The position numbers and the translations under genes are program-made. Of a stretch of DNA of 64,000 nucleotides, positions 7,064 through 17,425 are shown piece after piece. How positions within the stretch are numbered: the stretch's first letter is position 1; every line of letters starts with the position of its first letter. This stretch comes from a bacterium (GTDB taxonomy: Bacteria; Patescibacteriota; UBA1384; 2-12-FULL-50-11): assembly GCA_021463485.1 (NCBI GenBank), contig JAJTYJ010000001.1, forward strand, positions 1,378 through 65,377. The letters run 5' to 3'. The notes beneath the pieces are model-generated. The model saw only the letters and a list, made by a program, of their open reading frames with translations, searched no databases and was not told the DNA's origin.

Positions 7064-7708
7064 ATGTCTAAACGCGGTTTCACCTTAATTGAGGTACTAA
7101 CAACAATTACGATTATCGGAATTTTAGTCGCTATTACGACGATGGTTTATAGTAGCTCGCTTAAACGTTCTCGAGACGGTCAACGTAAAACGGACTTAGA
7201 CAGTATCAAAAACGCGTTAGAGCAATACTATCTCGATAATCGTAGTTACCCGTCGTTTAACAGCACTCGTGGCAATATTTACAACGCTCGCTGGCAATTC
7301 GAAGCTGGTTTAGTTAGTAATTGCGCTTCAAATCGGGCAGCGCTAGCGCCGCTGATTCTCCCTACGATACCCGAGGATCCTATTAATAAGCTACCGGCCT
7401 CAGCAGGCGGATGTAGCGAACTAACTGGTAATAATATGTCCGGAGAATATATCTACTTTGTCGCTGGGAACACCATACCGCCAAACAGCGATCCGCGCCC
7501 AAAAGCAGGCTATTATCTTTTGGCAAAAATGGAAACAGCACCTAGCGTTAATATTAATAATAACGGCGCTAACGATTCGTCATCGATTACCTTTATCCGC
7601 AATAGAGTCCAGGGATGGGGATATGATTTATCGGGAATAGTAATCGGTAACGGAATAAGCGGATCAGTCACTCACAATTACTTCGTTAACTCTAAGCCAA
7701 ACAACTAG
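7064..7708 (+). CDS. Type IV pilin / GspG-ComGC-like major pseudopilin
   Basis: Prepilin N-terminus 'MSKRGFTLIEVLTTITIIGILVAI', followed by the characteristic 'RDGQRKTDLDSIKNALEQYYLDNRSYP' motif. Confidence 0.8.
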   Translation: MSKRGFTLIEVLTTITIIGILVAITTMVYSSSLKRSRDGQRKTDLDSIKNALEQYYLDNRSYPSFNSTRGNIYNARWQFEAGLVSNCASNRAALAPLILPTIPEDPINKLPASAGGCSELTGNNMSGEYIYFVAGNTIPPNSDPRPKAGYYLLAKMETAPSVNINNNGANDSSSITFIRNRVQGWGYDLSGIVIGNGISGSVTHNYFVNSKPNN

Positions 7709-9219
7709 TCTTTCACTAGCACACCGCTAGGAATCGCGGTTTTTTTGGTGACGTTAAAGACGGTAAATGGCTTATTAAATAACATACGCGTCTGCGAATC
7801 GATCGCCGGAATCGCCGAGAAAAATATGCCGCTAACCGGAAGCAGGATTGGCGCTAACAACCACTCTTTAATAATTGTAAGAATGTAGACCGAGCGCTTA
7901 CCAGGACGTGGTGGCACTAGTAGAGATGCCACGAGCATGTTGGCGATCATACCAGTCCACGCTGCTATCAGAAATGTTCTATAAACAGTAGGAAAGTTAT
8001 AACCGAGCACACTATCTCGAAAATCCGGGTTCACGACTATCGGTAGCCAACCGATTAGCAAAATAAACGACTGGGTAGCAAGCGAGTAGTGGGATTCGAA
8101 CAGCCGTAAAAATTGCAGCCATTTGTAGAAAAACGGAATTCTAGGATTACCAAAAGAATGCCGAAAGACGTACGGAACGTCGGAAACCCCCCAAAACCAG
8201 CGACGACGTTGAAGATACTGCTCGCGAAACGTGTCCATAATATCTTCGCCCTGAACTGCGTCCATATAAACCGGCACAAATAGCGGAACCACGTGGTGAT
8301 TGCCGTCAAATCTGAAGTACGAACGCCAGTACTGATGCCCATCTTCAACCACCGTCGCAACCGACCAGAAATCTGTTTGTACTAGGGCTTCGAAACTCTG
8401 AGCGTGGGCGGCGAAGTTACGCGAGTAGTGCGGTCGCATCGCCTGTATGAGTTGCCAGAATGATGAGCCGAGTGCTGTCAGTTTTACCGGTAACGGCACT
8501 TGCCAGATATTATTGAAAAACATCGGCAGGGGCTGGAAGCTTTTATGAATTGGGTCTGGGTCGGCGCAGTACGACCAAGTAAGGTTGGCAAAATAGTCAC
8601 GATCGACCCGGTTATCGGCGTCGAGTGTTGTGAGAATTGCGTCAGAATACTTAATTTTTTTCTCATCAAGATATTCCTTAACCCGACGCGCCGCCCAGGT
8701 AATGTTTGGCCCCTTGCCGCGAACTTCACCTTCAATATCTGCTGGGTGGCTGGTAGCCATAAAATGGAAAAACGCATGTTCGTACTCGTGCGTTAAGATC
8801 TTGGCATACTCCGGCGCTAACTCTTTTTCACGCCCTTCAAACGCCGCAACAACAATCAACCGATCAGCTGGGTAGTTGCTCATTTTTATGGCATCGATGG
8901 TGTGCCGAAGAATTGAGATATCCTCTTTATACGTTGGCACAATGGCGACGTGGTAAAACCTATTCTGTGCCTCGGGATAATCGTTGTTGAGTTTAGTTAG
9001 CCAATCAATTTTACGCTCACGGTTATATCTAGCAAAACCGGCTAGTAAGTATCCAGTGATGAGAAAGACTTTAATTAACCAGTAGATCGCGTAAAGCAAG
9101 ACTAGCATCGTTAGGACAGGCGGGTTAAAAATTGCAAGCAATATTAATCCAGTTAACGTCGTCCAGGTTAGTAATCCCGGAATAATCTCCCAAACTCGGC
9201 TTCGTTGATACCCCAGCAT
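7705..9219 (-). CDS. Processive family-2 glycosyltransferase (cellulose/chitin-synthase-like membrane GT)
   Basis: Multi-TM N- and C-terminal regions flank a GT2 core with 'ILTTLDADN' and the Q-x-x-R-W motif 'QRRRWFWG'. Confidence 0.75.
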   Translation of the reverse strand: MLGYQRSRVWEIIPGLLTWTTLTGLILLAIFNPPVLTMLVLLYAIYWLIKVFLITGYLLAGFARYNRERKIDWLTKLNNDYPEAQNRFYHVAIVPTYKEDISILRHTIDAIKMSNYPADRLIVVAAFEGREKELAPEYAKILTHEYEHAFFHFMATSHPADIEGEVRGKGPNITWAARRVKEYLDEKKIKYSDAILTTLDADNRVDRDYFANLTWSYCADPDPIHKSFQPLPMFFNNIWQVPLPVKLTALGSSFWQLIQAMRPHYSRNFAAHAQSFEALVQTDFWSVATVVEDGHQYWRSYFRFDGNHHVVPLFVPVYMDAVQGEDIMDTFREQYLQRRRWFWGVSDVPYVFRHSFGNPRIPFFYKWLQFLRLFESHYSLATQSFILLIGWLPIVVNPDFRDSVLGYNFPTVYRTFLIAAWTGMIANMLVASLLVPPRPGKRSVYILTIIKEWLLAPILLPVSGIFFSAIPAIDSQTRMLFNKPFTVFNVTKKTAIPSGVLVKD

Positions 9220-9221
9220 AT

Positions 9222-9563
9222 TTAGATAATGGCAGATCGGGCGACGATGTAGTACCCGATCACCGCCAGTTCAAGCATGATGATGATGGTTAAAAGTAGC
9301 GTTTTAACCGCAGGCATTTGACGATATAACATGAAAAATACCACGCTATCCACGATAAACAGACCGAGCGAGTAGTAGTAAACCGACATTCCGGCCGCTA
9401 ATTGAGTACGGGCAAACAAACCAGTACCAAAAATAACCACAGCAGCAACAAGCCAAACAATTAACGCCTTTCTTTCTGGGATTGGTTGGGAAGAGTACCA
9501 GCTTCGCAGTCGAGTTATCATCCTTTGTTTCCACAGGATACTCGAGAATCTCGAGAATACCAA
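9222..9563 (-). CDS. Small polytopic membrane protein (possibly GtrA-like GT accessory protein)
   Basis: 113 aa with 3-4 hydrophobic helices, lying directly between the GT2 gene and the large surface protein gene. Confidence 0.35.
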   Translation of the reverse strand: MVFSRFSSILWKQRMITRLRSWYSSQPIPERKALIVWLVAAVVIFGTGLFARTQLAAGMSVYYYSLGLFIVDSVVFFMLYRQMPAVKTLLLTIIIMLELAVIGYYIVARSAII

Positions 9564-9574
9564 GAGCTATTTAA

Positions 9575-11614
9575 CTAGTACCTACTAAATAGACGCTGGA
9601 ATCTGCGGCCATTTGACGCCACGAGCAAGCCGAGCGAGCTTAATAGCACCGTGACAATATTCTGATGTTGGCTCGGTATCGAGCCAACAGGCTCCGGATT
9701 ACTGGTTTGGTTGGCGATCGGAGTAATTTTTTTAGTCGCGGCTGCCACTACAGCTGGCGCTGGAGTTGATTTTGAGACGGCCGGTTGAGTAGTTCTTTTA
9801 ACTGGTGCGGGTTGTGGTTTCGGCGACTCAGTTTTAGTTGTTTGCACCCTGCTAACTACGACTGATTCAGGAAATACCCAGGTCTCCACCGCCTCGCTGG
9901 CTGAATTCCAGTCGACGATCGCCGAAAACTGTATCGAGTCCCCCACGCTTAAGTATTTTTTACTCTCAGTTAGATGCGCTTTAATCCGCGCCAACTGAGA
10001 GCTAAGTGTAAAATAATCGCTCTCAACGTCGGTAGCTGTACTATTGAGCGCTACTTTTTCACCGAGTCGTTGCTGGAGTTCGTCTGACATTGAGACGTCC
10101 GCCGGATCGATAGTAGCAATCCCTCCAATTATCGCGTCATCTGGTGCGTCGATAATTATTCTTTTCGTTTGACTCGAGCTTAGCTCGCCGGTTACGAGCG
10201 CTGTTTTATCTTTAATATTTGGGATGACACCCTTGGTTCTACTTAAAAATACTTGAATACCAGCTGTTTGATCTTGTAGGTAAAATGCTTCGTCAGAAAC
10301 CTGCCCCTGATCGGCCGTCACAACACCAGATACCTCAAGGAGCGTCCCCGCTAACGCCAGACGCGCCTCACGAACAGAGAGTTGATGCGTTGGTTTCGTC
10401 GGAAGGGTTGCCCTAATCCAGCTAGTGAGCGTTGCCGTTCGATACAGATTGGGGGCCAAGCTGCTGTTTAGTAGTAGCAGAAAAACCTCTTGATTATGCT
10501 CCAGCAACGCTTTGAATTTTGCCGATCGAGCCCAAGAGCCATTACGCAGCGAAAAGCTTAGGCCATCTGCTGAGAACTGGATATCAGCGCTTTCGTATTT
10601 CCATAGCACAACACCACTACTTAGTTTATTAGCACGGTCGTAACCCGCCGAGATTGTAGCGGGCAGCCAACTGCCGAATTCTGTCGATAGCCAATGTTCG
10701 CTCCCGCTTTGAAAATACAGCCAGTTTGCACCTTCGACCGCCACTAATTCACCGCCCTCAGTTGGAGCCGCAGTTAGCTCTGGAATAGCCCGCCCGTAGT
10801 CTAACTCGTGTAATCGGCCTTCTATCTCTAGAAATACTCTACTCCCCAATGTCCTAGCAGAGAGTATCGGTGAGGAAATCGAGAGAGTGAGTTCGATCAG
10901 TTCGTTCGGCGTCAGAATTACGACGATAACGATATCAGTTTTCCCAACAAATACCGAGAGCGTGTCGGAGCTAGACAAGAGTGATAATTGGGCGCTGCTT
11001 AGCTGAATGAAGGTGTTGCCAGTAGAAAGCTGAAAGAGTTTGCCGTCACAAACGACTGTTGGCAACAGTGCAGTTACGCGAGTAACTTCTAAGCAATCTA
11101 ACTCGTCTAAGTTACTCCAGGCTTCCCCAGCCCAACCGAAAACCGTCACTTTACTAGCCTGTAGATCAAGATAATAAAATTGGTCGCTAGATAGATAAAA
11201 CTGATCTAATTTTGATCCGACAATCGGTTCTGTTATTTCAGTAAATTCACTCCCAGCATAAAACAGTATCTTATTGTTTGTCCGAACCAATAACGGTGCC
11301 TGGCGGCTATACTCCAGTATCGGCTCATCCATTAACCCGGGCACAGGATAATAACCGAGACCATCCTTTGATCGAAGTAGTAATTTCTCTCCGATCCTAT
11401 CCACCACAACAAATAGTTCCCCATTAATTAAGAACTGCTCTAAAACCGTCCCGTTAATAACAGCGAGCTGAAACGGCTTCGAATTTGCCCGTAAGCGATA
11501 CTGTTTTTCGCCAGCTTTGATCACTAGCTTATTTTCAACTCTTTCTAAATCGGCCGCCAACGAGACAGTTGGGAGAAAAAGAAAAAGGATGAAGAGCCAA
11601 ACTTGCCGCTTCAT
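9575..11614 (-). CDS. Large secreted surface protein with Pro-rich stalk and C-terminal TM anchor
   Basis: Signal peptide 'MKRQVWLFILFLFLPTVSLAAD', a Pro/Thr/Ser-rich linker near the C-terminus, and a final 'IVTVLLSSLGLLVASNGRRFQRLFSRY' hydrophobic segment with basic tail. Confidence 0.55.
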   Translation of the reverse strand: MKRQVWLFILFLFLPTVSLAADLERVENKLVIKAGEKQYRLRANSKPFQLAVINGTVLEQFLINGELFVVVDRIGEKLLLRSKDGLGYYPVPGLMDEPILEYSRQAPLLVRTNNKILFYAGSEFTEITEPIVGSKLDQFYLSSDQFYYLDLQASKVTVFGWAGEAWSNLDELDCLEVTRVTALLPTVVCDGKLFQLSTGNTFIQLSSAQLSLLSSSDTLSVFVGKTDIVIVVILTPNELIELTLSISSPILSARTLGSRVFLEIEGRLHELDYGRAIPELTAAPTEGGELVAVEGANWLYFQSGSEHWLSTEFGSWLPATISAGYDRANKLSSGVVLWKYESADIQFSADGLSFSLRNGSWARSAKFKALLEHNQEVFLLLLNSSLAPNLYRTATLTSWIRATLPTKPTHQLSVREARLALAGTLLEVSGVVTADQGQVSDEAFYLQDQTAGIQVFLSRTKGVIPNIKDKTALVTGELSSSQTKRIIIDAPDDAIIGGIATIDPADVSMSDELQQRLGEKVALNSTATDVESDYFTLSSQLARIKAHLTESKKYLSVGDSIQFSAIVDWNSASEAVETWVFPESVVVSRVQTTKTESPKPQPAPVKRTTQPAVSKSTPAPAVVAAATKKITPIANQTSNPEPVGSIPSQHQNIVTVLLSSLGLLVASNGRRFQRLFSRY

Positions 11615-12207
11615 CCTTCTTCGCCAACCAACGCCCGGTGCATCTCGAGGATCACGCGGGCAAGTCGATTCGGGTCGGGTACATCGGTGATAGTAAAGTA
11701 ACCTTGTAAGCCTGGTTTGTGCGGATCATCCGTGGTGCCGCCGCCCGCAGTTTCAACGATGAGTAAGCCGTAATTAAAGAAGCTTTGTAGAAACCCAGTA
11801 ACCTCAGCCGAGACGTTTTGAACTTGTTTTAACGATAGCTCAGAGGTTTTACGACTCAATAGCCCTTCTTGAGACACGTTAATTAGTCGCTCGTTGGTGA
11901 TAAAGATAATGTCGTAATAAAAATTAATCCACGAACCAAACAGAAACGTTAGCAGAAAGATGTAATAACCAGACAATAGCACGGTAATAATGGGAACGAA
12001 GTCCGACACTCCGTTAGTAAAGCCGATCCCGATCGCAAACAACAGAAAAAGTGGGAAGAGTCCCATCGCTAATACAATTAGTAGCGTTGTTAAAAAGCCG
12101 GCCCAGTGATGTCGCACGGCGTACTTAATTTCTTCTCCAGGATGAAGGTTAAGATACAAAAACGCTGGGTCGTTACTGTTTATATGTTCTTCGATTAGAT
12201 GCGGCAT
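11611..12207 (-). CDS. Membrane protein with bacterial PH domain (YdbS/YdbT-like, bPH_2)
   Basis: Two TM helices followed by 'FITNERLINVSQEGLLSRKTSELSLKQVQNV...YGLLIVETAGGG', which is typical of the DUF304/bPH_2 fold. Confidence 0.55.
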   Translation of the reverse strand: MPHLIEEHINSNDPAFLYLNLHPGEEIKYAVRHHWAGFLTTLLIVLAMGLFPLFLLFAIGIGFTNGVSDFVPIITVLLSGYYIFLLTFLFGSWINFYYDIIFITNERLINVSQEGLLSRKTSELSLKQVQNVSAEVTGFLQSFFNYGLLIVETAGGGTTDDPHKPGLQGYFTITDVPDPNRLARVILEMHRALVGEEG

Positions 12208-12398
12208 TACTTAATCCCGATATAAATACCGCTAAATATCAATATCAATAGCACCAAGAGTATATGTGTCGATAATACCGGTATCGAGGCATCGCCGGGC
12301 AAGCGGTACTTAAAAACCTGAAAAAAGTACAGCAAATTTACCACAAGCATAATCGCTAAAAATAGACCGTAGCCAATTAAGATGTAGCTATTAAGCAT
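12207..12398 (-). CDS. Small two-helix membrane protein
   Basis: 63-aa hydrophobic ORF in an ATGA overlap with the bPH gene. Confidence 0.3.
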   Translation of the reverse strand: MLNSYILIGYGLFLAIMLVVNLLYFFQVFKYRLPGDASIPVLSTHILLVLLILIFSGIYIGIK

Positions 12399-12399
12399 T

Positions 12400-13569
12400 T
12401 TACGGGCGGATGTATCGCGGTGTTCCCCAATTGCTTGGGTTTATTCTCCGCTGCGAGTATTTTTTAGCCGGACTCCAGTTATATTCCGAAACCAAGATAT
12501 CGCTTGACGAGTAGACAGCTTCGACAACCGCAACGTGTCCCCATTCGTCACCCGGGAATAGCGGTCGGTTCCAGGACACGACGTCACCGACTCGAGGCAA
12601 CCCGCCGTACTGGACTTTATACCCTTGATCTGTGGCTAGCGCCGGCCAGTTGTATGCACTACCGCTACCGGGTCTGGTGTTATTAAATGGTACTCCGTGT
12701 ATCTGAAGGAACTTCCATGCAGCATACGATGTACACTGACAAGTGTAGTACAGCCAGTTATCTACACGATCACAGCTACCTGCCCATGGGTATCCTCCTG
12801 TGCCACCGGAGTTAGTAAATCCGCCAGCAGCAAGACGCGCCTGGTAGATATCGTTACTAATTTGTGCAGATTGTTTTTTAATTTGCTCTAATAGTTCCTC
12901 ATATTTCGCCTGCTCACCCTGGGTTTGGTTGAGAAGGTAATTCTTTTGGTTTTTCTGACTCGTTAGCGTACCCCTTGATCGATCAAGCTCTTGTCGGAGG
13001 GTTTCGAGGCTTGCCTTTTGGCTTTCACTATCTGTTTTCTTCTTTTCGAGATCGGTCTTTAACGCGTTAACGGTGTCGATATTTTTTCGCAGATCAGTTT
13101 GAATCGCTTGGATATACTCCGCTTGCGAGAGCGCTTCTTCAAGATTAGGGCTCTGGAGTAATAACTCCATCGTACTAGTTTGTGAGAGCTGGTAGAGATT
13201 TACGTATGCGCCCTTGAGTTTAGCCGACAAGACATCAAGCTCAGTCTGTTGCTTCTGGATATCTTGAATCAAAAGATTAATAACACTATTTGTTGCCGCG
13301 ATTTGCTCTTCGGTGTTTTGAATTCGGCTTGAAGTATAACTAATGTCTCCATCCAGATCTCCAATCAACTCTCGCAAGTTACTTGCTTCTCGTTTTTTCT
13401 GCTCAAGGGCTTTTCGGTTTTGCTCTTCTTTTCTCTTTAATTCTGCTTGACGCCTTAGTAGCTCGTCGAGCGTCTCAGCTTGCGCGCTCATCGGCGCGAG
13501 CGTTGCAATTCCAAGCGTTAGTACGAGAAAAAAGCTAATAAGTCGCACAGCTAACGATTTACTCATCAT
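12400..13569 (-). CDS. PcsB-like coiled-coil peptidoglycan hydrolase with C-terminal CHAP domain
   Basis: Signal peptide, long coiled-coil and a C-terminal CHAP domain ('CQCTSYAAWKF...GHVAVVEAV'). It lies immediately downstream of ftsE-ftsX. The start is placed at the internal ATG (13569) after an AGGA motif, because the longer ORF would overlap ftsX. Confidence 0.75.
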   Translation of the reverse strand: MMSKSLAVRLISFFLVLTLGIATLAPMSAQAETLDELLRRQAELKRKEEQNRKALEQKKREASNLRELIGDLDGDISYTSSRIQNTEEQIAATNSVINLLIQDIQKQQTELDVLSAKLKGAYVNLYQLSQTSTMELLLQSPNLEEALSQAEYIQAIQTDLRKNIDTVNALKTDLEKKKTDSESQKASLETLRQELDRSRGTLTSQKNQKNYLLNQTQGEQAKYEELLEQIKKQSAQISNDIYQARLAAGGFTNSGGTGGYPWAGSCDRVDNWLYYTCQCTSYAAWKFLQIHGVPFNNTRPGSGSAYNWPALATDQGYKVQYGGLPRVGDVVSWNRPLFPGDEWGHVAVVEAVYSSSDILVSEYNWSPAKKYSQRRINPSNWGTPRYIRP

Positions 13570-13603
13570 ACCTATCCTAGCATGCCGCTTGTCGGTTGCA
13601 ATG

Positions 13604-14530
13604 TTAGGCTCGCAAATACCGACGCATCGAGATAACACTAACAACTACGCCTAGAATTACACCGATAAGCAGCTGAAAACCGATAATTTGCCAGATGTAA
13701 TGGAGTACGTACGCGCCGAAACTTAAGTTCAAAACGTCGGCGGTGATACTAATATATCCGCTGGCAATTTGTGAAACCAACACAATAAACAGGGTAGTTA
13801 TTATTGTGCCAAGCACTCCGTAGAGTACCCCTTCAACTATAAACGGGCCGCGGACAAAGGCGTTTGACGCACCGACGTATCGCATAATTTCGATCTCATC
13901 TGAACGGGCAGAGATGGTGATGCGAATAATATTAAGAACGTTGAATATGGCAATTATTCCAAAGAAAATACTCAAAAACAGCCCAACCCGCTGTACTAGC
14001 CGAGTAATACTAACGAGCTTGTTAACTGCGTCTTTGTTTTTAACGTACGACACGCACTCGTTACAGATGAGTTTCTCGGTATCGGCGATTTCGATACTAC
14101 TCACTACTCCCTGTATTTCGTCTGGGTCGGTTGTATCAACCTGGAGACTGCGGGGCAGCGGGTTGTAGGAGTCGCTCACTGGCTTTTTAACGTCCTCATT
14201 AATCGGCAGCCGCTGCCAGATTTCTAGCGCTTGTTTCTTGTTCACAAAGATAACTTCCTGAATGTTTGGCTGCGATTTAATTCGATCGGCAAGTGCCATA
14301 ATTTTCTCGTCTGCCACGGCGTCATCGGTAAAGTAAATGGTGACGTCGATCTTCGAACGAATCGCCTCCGCGGTATCTCGAACGATAAACGAGAAGAGCA
14401 GAAAGACGCTAATCATCGTTAGCGTTAGCGTCATTAAAAGTGTCGCCCCGAGCGTTAACCAGCGGTTTCTCCAAAAATTATTTAGGCCGAGTTTTACAAT
14501 CCGCAACACGGTTTCGAGTTTATATGACAT
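13604..14530 (-). CDS. ftsX: Cell division permease-like protein FtsX
   Basis: N-terminal cytoplasmic segment, one TM, large extracytoplasmic loop and a C-terminal 3-TM bundle. It overlaps ftsE by 11 nt. Confidence 0.85.
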   Translation of the reverse strand: MSYKLETVLRIVKLGLNNFWRNRWLTLGATLLMTLTLTMISVFLLFSFIVRDTAEAIRSKIDVTIYFTDDAVADEKIMALADRIKSQPNIQEVIFVNKKQALEIWQRLPINEDVKKPVSDSYNPLPRSLQVDTTDPDEIQGVVSSIEIADTEKLICNECVSYVKNKDAVNKLVSITRLVQRVGLFLSIFFGIIAIFNVLNIIRITISARSDEIEIMRYVGASNAFVRGPFIVEGVLYGVLGTIITTLFIVLVSQIASGYISITADVLNLSFGAYVLHYIWQIIGFQLLIGVILGVVVSVISMRRYLRA

Positions 14531-15290
14531 ACTTACCTCCGTGCTGATCGCTGACGATTTTCCCAGACTTCATCAGTACTACTCGCTTCTGGATACGATC
14601 GACAACTTGGCGGTTGTGCGTGGCAAGAATAATTGTTGTTCCTTTCTGATGAATTCGGTACAACAATTCGATAATTTCCCAGGTATTAACTGGATCTAGG
14701 TTCCCCGTTGGCTCATCGGCGATCAATATTTTTGGGGAGTGAACTAGGGCTCGAGCGATCGCGACGCGCTGTCGTTCGCCGCCAGAGAGTTCGTGCGGAT
14801 AATTCTTTGCCCGCCGACCCAAATTAACCAAATCAAGCACTTTTTCTGTTCGCTTCGCGATCTCAGCGTTCGAAAAACCACAAACCTCCATGGCAAACGC
14901 CACATTTTCCCAAACAGTTTTCTGGGGCAGTAACTTAAAGTCCTGAAACACTACTCCGATTTTTCTTCGGTAGAGCGGCACTTCTTTACTACGCAAATCC
15001 GCCAAGTTCCGGCCGGCGACGTACACCTCCCCGGTAGTCGGGGATTCCTGAATAGTCAGAAGCTTAATTAGAGTTGTTTTACCAACACCGCTTTGACCAA
15101 CCAAACAGACAAACTCGCCCTCGCGGATTTCCAGATCAACTTCTCTTACCGCCAGCCGACCAGGGTACTGCATCGTTACTTTTTTAAATTCGATCAACGG
15201 CCTTGAAGACGTATTTATTTTCCGCTCGGATTTAGCCGGCGCCCCGATGCGAAGAATTTCCTGGTCAGCTTTTTGTATGTCGGTTGTCAT
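14520..15290 (-). CDS. ftsE: Cell division ABC ATPase FtsE
   Basis: Walker A 'GQSGVGKTT', signature 'LSGGERQRVAIARAL' and Walker B 'ILIADEPTGNLD'. Confidence 0.9.
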   Translation of the reverse strand: MTTDIQKADQEILRIGAPAKSERKINTSSRPLIEFKKVTMQYPGRLAVREVDLEIREGEFVCLVGQSGVGKTTLIKLLTIQESPTTGEVYVAGRNLADLRSKEVPLYRRKIGVVFQDFKLLPQKTVWENVAFAMEVCGFSNAEIAKRTEKVLDLVNLGRRAKNYPHELSGGERQRVAIARALVHSPKILIADEPTGNLDPVNTWEIIELLYRIHQKGTTIILATHNRQVVDRIQKRVVLMKSGKIVSDQHGGKYVI

Positions 15291-15325
15291 CCGAGTTTGA
15301 GCATAACAAGCTTTTACGCCTGCTC

Positions 15326-16570
15326 CTAGAGCAGAATCAGCGCTATCAGCGCAGTAGACATAATGAAGAACGTCGCGTAGCCAACGATGTTGGTTGCCAG
15401 CGAATTAGTGAACTTTCCCATAATTTTTTTGTTATTGGCGACATGAAGAATAACAAAGATAAGAATTGGCGCCGTACAACCGAAGAAAATGCCGGTATAA
15501 ACTAACGCTTTAATCGGATCAACACCAAGTAATGGGATTAATAATCCTACTAGTGTCGAAATAATAATTATTAAATAAAATTGAGGCGCTTGGTGGAACT
15601 TTTTATTCAGACCCTCCTTCCAACCAAATGTTTCAGCTAGCGCATATGAGCTTGCACCAGCGAGTACCGGGATAGCTAGAAATCCGACGCTAACTACACC
15701 TAGAGAGAAAATAACATATGCTAAATCTCCGGCAAAAGGACGAAGCGCTTCCGCCGCTTCCTTTGTAGTGTTAATCGTTGTAATACCGTTTGAATTCAAC
15801 GCCACCGCCGCTGTCACGATAATAAACCACATAACGATATTAGAAAGTAGCATTCCAAGCGTGACATCCTGTTTCATATCGTTTAACTCACGTTTACGGA
15901 TAAACCAATGCGCAAAGAGCCGCTTAATTTTAGTCTTCTTATCTTCCACCTCCATCGAGGTCTGCCAGAAAAATAAATACGGCGAGATTGTTGTGCCAAA
16001 AATTGCGACAATAAGAGCAAGAGTTTCTTTCTTAAACTCTAAGCTTGGTACTAAGGTACCGCGGATCGCGCCGGCCCAATCTGTCTCTGTGAAAAACGGC
16101 ACTGCCACATAGACAAGCAACGTTAACGCCACCCACTTGAGAACGTTCGCGATAGTTTGATACGAGCTGTAAAGTAGGGCGATGAGAATAAGTACTGTGT
16201 AGAAGATCGCTAAAATCGGTTCGGGTATCGGGACTAGTAGGTGTGTAGTAGCCGCCATTGCCGAGAGATCGGCACCGATATTTAACGTATTACCGGCAAC
16301 CACTAGTAGCATCAGCGTAACAAGAAGTGGTTTTGAGTAGTTACGTTTTAAATTCCCAGCCAGACCGTGACCGGTAACCAAGCCAATCCTAGCGCACATT
16401 TCCTGAACCACTGTCATTAGCGGGAAAGTTAGAAGCGCCGTCCAAAGCAAGCTAAAGCCTGTCTGGGCACCAACTTGTGAATAAATCGCGATGCCCGACG
16501 GATCGTCGTCACTAGCACCAGTTACCAGCCCTGGACCGATTTTCCTCCAAAAAGAACCTAAGCGAGACAT
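15326..16570 (-). CDS. mntH: NRAMP-family divalent metal (Mn2+/Fe2+) transporter
   Basis: 'GPGLVTGASDDDPSGIAIYSQVGAQTGFSLLWTALLTFPLMTVVQEMCARIGLVTG' is the NRAMP consensus region; about 11 TM helices. Confidence 0.85.
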   Translation of the reverse strand: MSRLGSFWRKIGPGLVTGASDDDPSGIAIYSQVGAQTGFSLLWTALLTFPLMTVVQEMCARIGLVTGHGLAGNLKRNYSKPLLVTLMLLVVAGNTLNIGADLSAMAATTHLLVPIPEPILAIFYTVLILIALLYSSYQTIANVLKWVALTLLVYVAVPFFTETDWAGAIRGTLVPSLEFKKETLALIVAIFGTTISPYLFFWQTSMEVEDKKTKIKRLFAHWFIRKRELNDMKQDVTLGMLLSNIVMWFIIVTAAVALNSNGITTINTTKEAAEALRPFAGDLAYVIFSLGVVSVGFLAIPVLAGASSYALAETFGWKEGLNKKFHQAPQFYLIIIISTLVGLLIPLLGVDPIKALVYTGIFFGCTAPILIFVILHVANNKKIMGKFTNSLATNIVGYATFFIMSTALIALILL

Positions 16571-16604
16571 CTCTATTTACAACGATGAAGCACAAAGCTG
16601 CTTT

Positions 16605-17408
16605 CTACAAGAGTGACTCTAACTCGACTTGAATGTTTTTAGCGGAGCGCGGATCGATCCTTTTCAACCCTTGTTCGAAGAGCACTCCAAACCTCACGGC
16701 CTCTTTTTCTTTAGCGATATGGGTGCAGATCACCGAAAGTAATCCGTACAGTTGGGTCTGTCGGTAATCGTAGCGCTCACCGCCGTGGTCGGCCGAAAAC
16801 CATCCGAGACTTTGCTCGGCTATTTCGTATGCCTCAAGATACTCTTTTTTCTTTAAATGGAGTGAAGCGATAGATAACAACGTTGTAGCTAGGTAGAAAC
16901 CTTTCGTCGGATCTTTTTTAAAACAGTCGAGGGCTTTCTGATAATACTGGTTGGCGGGATCGAGATCGTTGTGTGCGAGATAATAGTCGCCAAATTTTGT
17001 ATACGTTGCGCCGAGCTCGCCGAATTCGTCGCCCTGCTGTAACTCAACGATGCTCTTCTGGAAATAATCTAGCGCCTGCGAGCTTAAGCCTGCTTTAGCA
17101 AACGCACTTGCGCCATCTCTGTAAATTGTGCCTAGTTGCACAGTTTCGTCGATCGAACGGAACACTTCTGCGGCTTTGTGGAGATAATTAAGTCCGTCTC
17201 GGAGGTAACTCGACTCTTGATTATTACTATCAGCGCTTTGGAAGGCAGCTATCGCTGCGCCGTGCAGGGCTCTACCGAGTTCAAAATTATTTCCCTCTAG
17301 CTCGGCCGCTCTGGCAATCGTCGCGTACGCTTCGATCGCTTGATCGACTTTGCCAGAATTGCGAAGATTATCTGCCTTTAAAAATTCTGACTCAAAGTCG
17401 ATCGTCAT
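16605..17408 (-). CDS. TPR-repeat protein
   Basis: Repeated 34-residue helical pattern with the A/Y/L periodicity of TPR units. Confidence 0.55.
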   Translation of the reverse strand: MTIDFESEFLKADNLRNSGKVDQAIEAYATIARAAELEGNNFELGRALHGAAIAAFQSADSNNQESSYLRDGLNYLHKAAEVFRSIDETVQLGTIYRDGASAFAKAGLSSQALDYFQKSIVELQQGDEFGELGATYTKFGDYYLAHNDLDPANQYYQKALDCFKKDPTKGFYLATTLLSIASLHLKKKEYLEAYEIAEQSLGWFSADHGGERYDYRQTQLYGLLSVICTHIAKEKEAVRFGVLFEQGLKRIDPRSAKNIQVELESLL

Positions 17409-17425
17409 GTTTTTAGCATACCGTA

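Noticed and set aside
16571-16604. Possible degenerate heat-shock operator (cACAAAGctgCTTTCTACA) upstream of the NRAMP gene
   Set aside because: The left arm is not the reverse complement of the right, so it is not a true palindrome; probably chance similarity.
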